From Nitrospirota bacterium (GTDB taxonomy: Bacteria; Nitrospirota; Thermodesulfovibrionia; UBA6902; DSMQ01): 34,903 nt of DNA. The translations under genes were made by a program, and so were the position numbers. This document shows, piece after piece, positions 26,519 through 32,478 of this stretch. The DNA lies in the NCBI GenBank assembly GCA_016207865.1, contig JACQZD010000052.1, positions 1 through 34,903 on the forward strand, written 5' to 3'. The notes under the pieces were generated by a model. The model was given only the letters and a program-made list of their open reading frames with translations. It ran no database searches and was not told where the DNA came from. The number at the start of each line of letters is the position of its first letter. The first letter of the stretch is position 1.

Positions 26519-26907
26519 AAGCTTTGCTGGACACCCACGCGTTTCTCTGGTGGATTCTGGATATTCCTAAATTACCCCCTCAAGTCCGCAGTATAATCAG
26601 TGATGGCAATAATGAATTATTTCTAAGCGCGGCAAGCTGCTGGGAAATTGCAATTAAGGCTCAAATCAACAGGATAAAACTGCCCGCAAAGCCTGACATC
26701 TTTATATCTGAACAATTAGCCATGAATGCTGTTCAGGCCTTGCCGATTCAAATAAGCCATGCCCTTCATGTCTTTAACCTTCCTCTTTTGCACAGCGACC
26801 CTTTTGACCGCATGATTATTGCCCAGGCGCAAATGGAGGATTTGCCGGTTTTAACTTCAGACCCCTTGATTGCCAAGTATAAAGTTAAAGTTATCTGGAA
26901 GGGGTAA
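26515..26907 (+). CDS. vapC: type II toxin, VapC-like PIN-domain ribonuclease
   Basis: 130 aa. LLDTHAFLWW (first acidic residue), SAASCWEIAIK, and DPFDRMIIAQA...LTSD, typical of PIN toxins paired with Phd-type antitoxins. Confidence 0.85.
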   Translation: MKALLDTHAFLWWILDIPKLPPQVRSIISDGNNELFLSAASCWEIAIKAQINRIKLPAKPDIFISEQLAMNAVQALPIQISHALHVFNLPLLHSDPFDRMIIAQAQMEDLPVLTSDPLIAKYKVKVIWKG

Positions 26908-27042
26908 TTGTGAAAATTACCTTTATCAGAACTGGCTTACGGTGTATTATCTACAAAAATTCCTAATACATTCCCCCTTAACAAAGGGGGCGCAGGGGGT
27001 TGTTATTTCGTCATTGACTTGAAAATAGGAATTGTTGTAACC

Positions 27043-27195
27043 GTCATTGTACGGCTTGACCGGACAATCCAGACTTTAGTTGTTTTCCTGGATACCCCGA
27101 TTAAATCGGAGTATGACATTAGAGAGAAATTTTCATACTCTTTTATGACCCCGAGACTTCGGGATCATGTCATTCCCTTGAAAACGGGAATCCAG
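27043..27195. repeat. REP cluster inside module A (four hairpin units)
   Basis: Units at 27043-27072 (forward), 27088-27117 (inverted), 27145-27168 (atgaccccgagacttcgggatcat) and 27169-27195 (forward). Confidence 0.8.
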
Positions 27196-27225
27196 AGTTT
27201 TCTGATGTTATTAAAATAAATATTT

Positions 27226-27357
27226 ATGACAAACATCTCTGCTAAAAAAATCACTTTCCTTTTCCTTGTCATGTTCGTGCTGGGGCTTGCGGGAACTGCC
27301 TTTGCCCAGTCAGAGGACGAGGCGCTGAAGCGCTATCCGCAGAACTGCTGGATATAA
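27226..27357 (+). pseudogene. truncated 5' fragment of a TPR-CHAT paralogue (signal peptide plus about 15 codons)
   Basis: Reads MTNISAKKITFLFLVMFVLGLAGTAFAQSEDEALKRYPQNCWI*. The intact gene reads MRNVSVRKIAFLLLFPLFVIGLAGTAFAQSEDEAVKLYQQGQ at 30008. Confidence 0.75.
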
Positions 27358-27367
27358 TAATGGTTTA

Positions 27368-27376
27368 TGATATAAT
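27368..27376 (+). promoter_or_regulatory. extended -10 promoter element (TGnTATAAT) in the shared junction upstream of MNT/HEPN pair 1
   Basis: TGATATAAT at 27368-27376. An identical element sits at 28545-28553 upstream of pair 2. Confidence 0.45.
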
Positions 27377-27438
27377 GAAACTAAAAACAAGCTTATTTTT
27401 TTGGATACAATTTCGAAAAGGAAGTTTGAAAAAAATAT

Positions 27439-27768
27439 ATGATAAATAAAGAACTCATTAAAAAAGCTGTTGCAAAGATATCTGCTCAGTTCAATCCTCA
27501 GCGTATTATCCTTTTTGGCTCATATGCGAGGGGCACCGCTGATGATAAAAGTGATATTGACCTTTTAGTGATATGTCCTCTAAGGAAAAGGCGACGGACC
27601 TTAATGCTTGAAATGGATAGAGTGCTGAAGGGTTTAAAATTGGCAAGGGATATTGTTGTGCTAAGTCCGGGGGAATTTGAGATTGAAAAAGAAATCTCAG
27701 GCACAATAGCCCGTTATGCATGGAAGGAAGGAAAGCCCCTCTATGAACATAAACAAAAAAGTAAATGA
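27439..27768 (+). CDS. nucleotidyltransferase (MNT, Pol-beta fold) antitoxin of a HEPN/MNT module
   Basis: 109 aa with the GS-x(n)-DxD motif LFGSYARGTADDKSDIDLLVI. Overlaps the downstream HEPN gene. Confidence 0.85.
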   Translation: MINKELIKKAVAKISAQFNPQRIILFGSYARGTADDKSDIDLLVICPLRKRRRTLMLEMDRVLKGLKLARDIVVLSPGEFEIEKEISGTIARYAWKEGKPLYEHKQKSK

Positions 27769-28156
27769 AATTGCAAGAGAATGGATTGGACATGCCGAAG
27801 AAGATTTGCGGCTGGCAAAACATGCATTCAAGCTCTCAAGTTCGTGCCCATATAAACTGGTTGCTTTTCATGCACAGCAGTGTGCTGAGAAATATTTAAA
27901 GGCTTTTCTGACAATTAAAAATGTGGATTTCCCTTATACGCATAACATATCCCTGTTGCTGGAGTTATGTTCTTCCTATGCCGACTGGGCAAAAGATTTG
28001 CACGAAGCTGAGGATTTAACCCCCTATGCAATTACCGCCCGTTATCCCGGAAAAGATAAAGTAACTAAAAAAGACGCCGTTAAAGCTGTAGAGACTGCCA
28101 ATAAAGTTCGTAAGATAATCAGAAAGGTTTTAAAACAACACAGTATAAAACCATAG
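27743..28156 (+). CDS. HEPN-domain protein (toxin partner of MNT)
   Basis: Start set at the ATG at 27743. AEEDLRLAKHAF, FHAQQCAEKYLKAFL, THNISLLLELC and ARYPG match the HEPN family that is typically paired with MNT. Confidence 0.8.
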   Translation: MNINKKVNEIAREWIGHAEEDLRLAKHAFKLSSSCPYKLVAFHAQQCAEKYLKAFLTIKNVDFPYTHNISLLLELCSSYADWAKDLHEAEDLTPYAITARYPGKDKVTKKDAVKAVETANKVRKIIRKVLKQHSIKP

Positions 28157-28333
28157 AACTTCTGCAATGGAAATAGCAACTTATGTCATCCGGTTTATTT
28201 CTCTCCTTAATGTGTGAAAATTACCTTGATAGAGGGCGCCCTGCGGTGTATTATCTATTCAAAAATTCCCCCTTAACAAAGGGGGACTGAGGGGGTTGTT
28301 ATAAAGGATTGTTATAAAAAAACCTATAAATCC

Positions 28334-28363
28334 GTCATTCCCCGATTTAATCGGGGAATCCAG
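28334..28363 (+). repeat. single REP unit inside module B
   Basis: gtcattccccgatttaatcggggaatccag. Confidence 0.8.
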
Positions 28364-28398
28364 TCCTTTCCAATGTTATATAATGAAAAATAAATTCC

Positions 28399-28534
28399 AT
28401 GACAACCATCTCCATTAAAAAAATCACTTTCCTTTTCCTCCTTGCCCTGTTCGTGTTAGGGTATGGCGGGAACTGCCTTTGCCCAGTCAGAGGATGAGAC
28501 ACTGAAGCGCTATCCGCAGAACTGCTGGATATAA
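28399..28534 (+). pseudogene. truncated and frameshifted 5' fragment of a TPR-CHAT paralogue
   Basis: Begins MTTISIKKITFLFLLALFVLG. A 1-nt length difference (GGGTATGGCGGG here, GGGGCTTGCGGG in copy A) shifts the frame, with a stop at 28495-28497. Nucleotide homology to copy A continues to 28534. Confidence 0.75.
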
Positions 28535-28544
28535 TAATGGTTTA

Positions 28545-28553
28545 TGATATAAT
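28545..28553 (+). promoter_or_regulatory. extended -10 promoter element (TGnTATAAT) upstream of MNT/HEPN pair 2
   Basis: TGATATAAT, in the same junction sequence as 27368-27376. Confidence 0.45.
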
Positions 28554-28600
28554 GAAACTAAAAACAAGCTTACTTTTTTGGATACAATAGTGATTTAAAA

Positions 28601-28978
28601 ATGCAAACTCAAAAAGAAACCAAAAAAACTACCGTAGCCTTAAAACTCAAAAAAAATATCAAACGGATTCTCCTAAATATAGCAGGGAAAATCAGGGATA
28701 ATTATCATCCCGAAAAGATAATCCTTTTTGGCTCATACGCCTATGGAACACCTACAGAAGACAGCGACATTGATATTGTCGTTATTAAAAAAGAAAATCG
28801 AGACATCTCTCCAATTGACAGAAGCATAGAAATCAGGAGAATACTTGCTGACGAAAACAGGCAGTGGGCTATAACGCCAATTGTTTATACACCTAAAGAA
28901 TTGGAATACCAGCTCTCAATCGGTGATGACTTTGTCGCTGAAATACTTGAAAAAGGGAAAGTCCTTTATGCCAGATAG
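28601..28978 (+). CDS. nucleotidyltransferase (MNT) antitoxin of a second HEPN/MNT module
   Basis: 125 aa with LFGSYAYGTPTEDSDIDIVVI. Shares only family-level similarity with the MNT at 27439. Confidence 0.85.
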   Translation: MQTQKETKKTTVALKLKKNIKRILLNIAGKIRDNYHPEKIILFGSYAYGTPTEDSDIDIVVIKKENRDISPIDRSIEIRRILADENRQWAITPIVYTPKELEYQLSIGDDFVAEILEKGKVLYAR

Positions 28979-29363
28979 AACAAAGGCGGCTCAGGAGTGG
29001 TTTGAAAAGGGCAGGCATGATATTGAAGGGGCCAGACTGCTTTTTGAAAGAGAACATTTTACTGATACTATTGCAATGCTGATACAACAAGCATTGGAAA
29101 AATATCTAAAAGGCTATCTCATTCTGCATGGGTGGAAATTGAAGAAAATTCATGATTTGATACCCCTTCTTGCAGAGGCCACTACACATAATTCAACCTT
29201 CCAAACATTTGAAGAAGATTGCAGACGCATAAGTGAATATTATTCCCACGCCAGATACCCCGGCAGGATGCCGATAGATTATCCAAGAGAAGAAATCAGA
29301 AAATCACTTGCCGCAGCGGATGAATTGATTAAGCTTCTGGAAATATTAAAGAAAAGGAATTGA
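28968..29363 (+). CDS. HEPN-domain protein (second module)
   Basis: The ATG at 28968 overlaps the MNT stop by 11 nt. Motifs: AQEWFEKGRHDIEGARLLFE, IQQALEKYLKGYL, KIHDLIPLL, HARYPG. Confidence 0.8.
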   Translation: MPDRTKAAQEWFEKGRHDIEGARLLFEREHFTDTIAMLIQQALEKYLKGYLILHGWKLKKIHDLIPLLAEATTHNSTFQTFEEDCRRISEYYSHARYPGRMPIDYPREEIRKSLAAADELIKLLEILKKRN

Positions 29364-29839
29364 AACGAGAGTTATCAAAAGCAAACGAACGTGCAGCTGA
29401 GGCTAACCAAAAAGCTGCTGTGTTGAATAAGCGAGCTGCTACACTTGAAAAAGAGGCAGAACAATCTCGGTTAGAAACAGCACGAATAAAACTACAAATT
29501 TCTTGGCGAGAGATTACGCCAGCACAACGCCATAAAATTATCGGTGTGCTTAAGTCGCATCCTCTTTCAATAGATGTAGTCTGCGTTGGCAGTGACCCAG
29601 AAGCTTGCGAGTATGCCCAGCAATTAGTAGCCGTATTGAAGGCTTCAGGATCAAACCCGAAGTTCGTGAAACTCCTTGCGGCATCAAACAATCCATCTGG
29701 ACTTTTGCTCGGGGGTACAAGTGGCCCTGATATGGAACTTCTGGGAACCGCCTTTCGCACGGCAGGTATCCATTTTTCTGCGGGCAGAAATATTCCTAAT
29801 TTGGAAATTCGGATAGGGACAAAGCCACACGCACAGTAA
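29360..29839 (+). CDS. hypothetical coiled-coil protein, possibly a 5'-truncated remnant
   Basis: 159-aa ORF with only a TTG start, which overlaps the HEPN stop. A coiled coil (ANERAAEANQKAAVLNKRAATLEKEAEQSRLETARIKLQI) is followed by a globular part. I see no SD and no N-terminal anchor. Codon flavour looks different from its neighbours. Confidence 0.4.
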   Translation: MKRELSKANERAAEANQKAAVLNKRAATLEKEAEQSRLETARIKLQISWREITPAQRHKIIGVLKSHPLSIDVVCVGSDPEACEYAQQLVAVLKASGSNPKFVKLLAASNNPSGLLLGGTSGPDMELLGTAFRTAGIHFSAGRNIPNLEIRIGTKPHAQ

Positions 29840-30007
29840 TCATCAAAGAAATAACGCCATGACAAAGTTATACACAATAAGGCGTTCAAGGAGACAGGAT
29901 TAAATGCTTTTTGTTTTCGTTCAATCACCTGTGCCCCTGCGCCTTAACTTTAGCAGTCCCCCTTAACGAAGGCGGATTCAGTGGGATGTTGTAACAGAAT
30001 AAATCTT

Positions 30008-32272
30008 ATGAGAAATGTCTCTGTTAGAAAAATAGCTTTCCTTTTACTCTTTCCCCTGTTTGTGATAGGGCTTGCGGGAACTGCCTTTGCCCAGTCAGAG
30101 GATGAGGCGGTAAAACTATATCAGCAGGGACAAGAAGCGCAAAAATACGGCAGATATCAGGAGGCGCTGTCTTATTTTGAGAAGTCACTAGAAATTAATA
30201 AAAAACTTGGTCATCTTCAAGGTATCTCTGCCAATTTGAATTATATCGGTGCTGTTTACGATTCACTGGGGCAGTATGAAAAGGCACTGACTTATTATGA
30301 AGAATCTTTAAAGATATCTAAAGAACTTAAAATCCCACAATCTGTAGCCGGAAGCCTCAACAACATCGGTGGTGTTTATCTTTATGAGAAAAGATATAAA
30401 GAAGCTGAACAGAAATTCCTTCAAACAAAAGGCGAGCCGGGTCTTGTAGCGGTTTTTTTAGCCACAGGAAGACATAATGAGGCATTAAAACTCCTTAAAA
30501 ATATGCCTCCAGAATGGAATAGCGATAACCCGTATCGCATCCAGTTTTACACCCAATACGGTTTTGCCTTGAAAGGAGTTGGACAACTCAAAGAATCATC
30601 CAGTAAATTTTATAAAGCAGTCTCCATCGCTGAGGAAATGAGGCAGAAGGTTAAGGGAGAAAAGACAGGATTTTTGGGTGGAGGTTACTTAGGCGGGCGT
30701 ATCCGAGCATACAAAGGTCTTGTGGCATCTTTATCTGAACGTGCAATCAACGGTGAAACAAAAGACAAGGAATTTATCTCTTTTGGAAAAGATTTCCCTT
30801 CCAATGCCTTCTACTTCGCTGAATCCACAAAGGCGCGAACACTCCTTGAGGCAATGGTAGAATCGGCAAGGAAAAGCCAGAAGGTTGAGATATCAGAAGA
30901 TTTGAGACAAAGAGAACAATCCCTCATTAATCAGCTTACTGCAATAGAAAATCTATGGGATGATGCTTATAAAAAAGGAGAGGAAGTCTTAAAAAGACTT
31001 CAGGAAAGAAAAGAAGGGCTTACAGTAGAACTTAATACTCTGATAAAAGAGCTAAGACAAAAATATCCCAGATATGCCGCCCTTAATTATCCCAAACCCA
31101 TTCCTGCCGAGGAATTGCCTTTGAAAGACAATGAAGTCCTCATAGAGTATGCAATTGGCGATGATGCAAGTTATGTTTTTGTTGTAAAAAAAGGCGGGGT
31201 AAAAAATCTCTTTAAAATCCCTATCGGCAAGGAGGCGCTTGAGGAAAAGGTAAAGTCATTCATGGAGCCGATGAATACAAAAAATTATGAGGGGTTTTCT
31301 GTAAAAGAGGCAAAAGGACTTTATGATCTTTTGCTTGCGGATGCGTTAAAGGAGGTTCACCCCTCCCCCACCCCCCTCCCGCAAGGGGAGGGGGCAAATG
31401 TAATCATTGTCCCTGACGGAATTTTAGGACTGCTGCCGTTTGAGGCATTGATAGTAAAAGAAGGCAAGGATTACAAGGACAGCCTTTATGCCGGTGACAA
31501 ATACAATATCAGCTATTACCAATCAGCCACAGTGCTTGCGCTTCAGAGAGGTTTGAAAGAAAACAAACCGGAGAAAATGCTTTTTGCGCTCGGCAATCCG
31601 ATTTATTCAACAGACGACCTGCGTTACATTGCATGGAAAGAGAAAAAAGAAAACGTGCTTATTGCCAGCTTGAACAATAAATATTCTTTCAGAGGGCTTG
31701 CGATAAAACCTAAATGGGGCAAGACCACAGAGGCAGATGCAGGCAGTAAGATAGAATTCCCTCCCCTGCCTGAGACAGAGATTGAGGTAAAAGAGATTGC
31801 AAAGATAATGAATGTAAAGACTCAGCCTCCTGATGTTTTACTTTCCATGACGGCAAATGAGACAGAGTTGAGAAAGACAGGTCTTGAGAAATATAAATAT
31901 GTCCACTTTGCCACTCATGCCTCTTTGCCCGGGATGATTCAGGGCATTAATGAGCCGTTCTTGCTTTTGGGACAGGTGGAGAATAATGAAAAGGATGATG
32001 GGTTTCTGACAATAAATGAGGTTTTGGATTTAAGGCTTAATGCCGATGCAGTGGTCTTATCCGCCTGTGTTACAGGTGTGGGTAAAGAAGTTGAAGGCGA
32101 AGGCGTTGCAAACTTTGCAAGGGCATTTCAGCACGCAGGCGCAAGGTCCATTGTTGTCAGCCTCTGGGAAGTGGCGTCAGACCCTGCTGTAGAATATATG
32201 AAGGCGTTTTATGGTCATTTAAAGGCAGGCAAGAGCCGAGGAGAGGCATTGCGGCTTGCACGAAACGAATAA
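30008..32272 (+). CDS. secreted TPR-repeat CHAT-domain (caspase-like) protease; the frame breaks about 20 codons before the family-typical C-terminus, which continues to 32331 in another frame
   Basis: Sec-type signal MRNVSVRKIAFLLLFPLFVIGLAGTAFA/QSEDE. TPR repeats are present (YQEALSYFEKSLEI..., YEKALTYYEESLKI...). The CHAT domain has His (YVHFATHASL) and Cys (VVLSACVTGVG) dyad contexts and VVSLWEV. The frame ends at ...EALRLARNE*. The frame ending at 32331 encodes IKTKYPNPFYWAVFILHGEG*, the usual CHAT C-terminal motif. Confidence 0.85.
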   Translation: MRNVSVRKIAFLLLFPLFVIGLAGTAFAQSEDEAVKLYQQGQEAQKYGRYQEALSYFEKSLEINKKLGHLQGISANLNYIGAVYDSLGQYEKALTYYEESLKISKELKIPQSVAGSLNNIGGVYLYEKRYKEAEQKFLQTKGEPGLVAVFLATGRHNEALKLLKNMPPEWNSDNPYRIQFYTQYGFALKGVGQLKESSSKFYKAVSIAEEMRQKVKGEKTGFLGGGYLGGRIRAYKGLVASLSERAINGETKDKEFISFGKDFPSNAFYFAESTKARTLLEAMVESARKSQKVEISEDLRQREQSLINQLTAIENLWDDAYKKGEEVLKRLQERKEGLTVELNTLIKELRQKYPRYAALNYPKPIPAEELPLKDNEVLIEYAIGDDASYVFVVKKGGVKNLFKIPIGKEALEEKVKSFMEPMNTKNYEGFSVKEAKGLYDLLLADALKEVHPSPTPLPQGEGANVIIVPDGILGLLPFEALIVKEGKDYKDSLYAGDKYNISYYQSATVLALQRGLKENKPEKMLFALGNPIYSTDDLRYIAWKEKKENVLIASLNNKYSFRGLAIKPKWGKTTEADAGSKIEFPPLPETEIEVKEIAKIMNVKTQPPDVLLSMTANETELRKTGLEKYKYVHFATHASLPGMIQGINEPFLLLGQVENNEKDDGFLTINEVLDLRLNADAVVLSACVTGVGKEVEGEGVANFARAFQHAGARSIVVSLWEVASDPAVEYMKAFYGHLKAGKSRGEALRLARNE
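31358..31396 (+). repeat. REP-like hairpin (CCCCTCCC-GCAA-GGGGAGGGG family) embedded in-frame in the CHAT gene
   Basis: caccCCTCCCCCACCCCCCTCCCGCAAGGGGAGGGGGc, translated HPSPTPLPQGEGA. Same family as the intergenic 7886-7919 (ctcaccctacccctctcccgcaaggggagaggg). Confidence 0.8.
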
Positions 32273-32383
32273 AGACAAAATACCCGAATCCATTTTATTG
32301 GGCGGTTTTTATACTGCATGGAGAAGGGTGAGCATTAAAAATTGTATAATAATCGTCATTGACCCGAAAATACCTTTAAACCT

Positions 32384-32460
32384 GTCATTCCGGCAGTTCA
32401 CAAGCCGGAATCCAGTTCCTTGTGAAAAGATTCTGGATTCCGCACCAAGTGCGGAATGAC
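32384..32460. repeat. REP doublet between the CHAT and DUF4384 genes
   Basis: gtcattccggcagttcacaagccggaatccag at 32384-32415 and ctggattccgcaccaagtgcggaatgac at 32433-32460. Confidence 0.85.
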
Positions 32461-32478
32461 AAATATTGGGGAGGACTC

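Larger units (their letters stand above)
26909..27411 (+). repeat. conserved upstream module, copy A (hairpin motif + REP cluster + decayed CHAT 5' end + promoter-bearing junction)
   Basis: Collinear with 28213-28588. Shared blocks: TGTGAAAATTACCT, GGTGTATTATCTA, CCCCCTTAACAAAGGGGG, GGGGGTTGTTA, ATGACAA.CATCTC, AAAAAAATCACTTTCCTTTTCCT, and GGGAACTGCCTTTGCCCAGTCAGAGGA through GGATACAAT. Confidence 0.85.
28213..28588 (+). repeat. conserved upstream module, copy B
   Basis: See copy A. It contains a single REP hairpin (28334-28363) where copy A has a cluster. The 3' ~135 nt, from GGGAACTGCC to GGATACAAT, differ from copy A at only a handful of positions by eye. Confidence 0.85.

Noticed and set aside
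29329-29928. 199-aa minus-strand ORF overlapping the coiled-coil ORF.
   Set aside because: It is antisense to an Ala/Glu/Lys-rich coiled coil, which typically generates long open antisense frames. The translation is Ser/Phe/Ala-rich with no motifs and no SD. The + strand ORF is more protein-like, though itself uncertain.
26203-30000. Integron-style cassette array: TA cassettes separated by conserved hairpin sites.
   Set aside because: No intI-type integrase or attI is present in the window. The hairpin motif does not match the canonical RYYYAAC / GTTRRRY core sites (CCTTAAC is 6 of 7, and GTTGTTA or GTTATAA do not fit). The conserved unit is about 370-500 nt and includes a gene fragment and a promoter, unlike attC. 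The idea is kept only as a weak analogy in the findings.
32256-32459. 67-aa + strand ORF after the CHAT gene.
   Set aside because: It is a third frame over the CHAT tail and runs into the REP doublet. The biologically meaningful alternative frame is the one ending at 32331 (PFYWAVFILHGEG), not this ORF.
1253-32460. The possibility that the recurring hairpin repeats are a CRISPR array.
   Set aside because: The units are dispersed over 31 kb in separate intergenic gaps. They occur in both orientations, vary in length and lack regular repeat-spacer periodicity. No cas genes are present.
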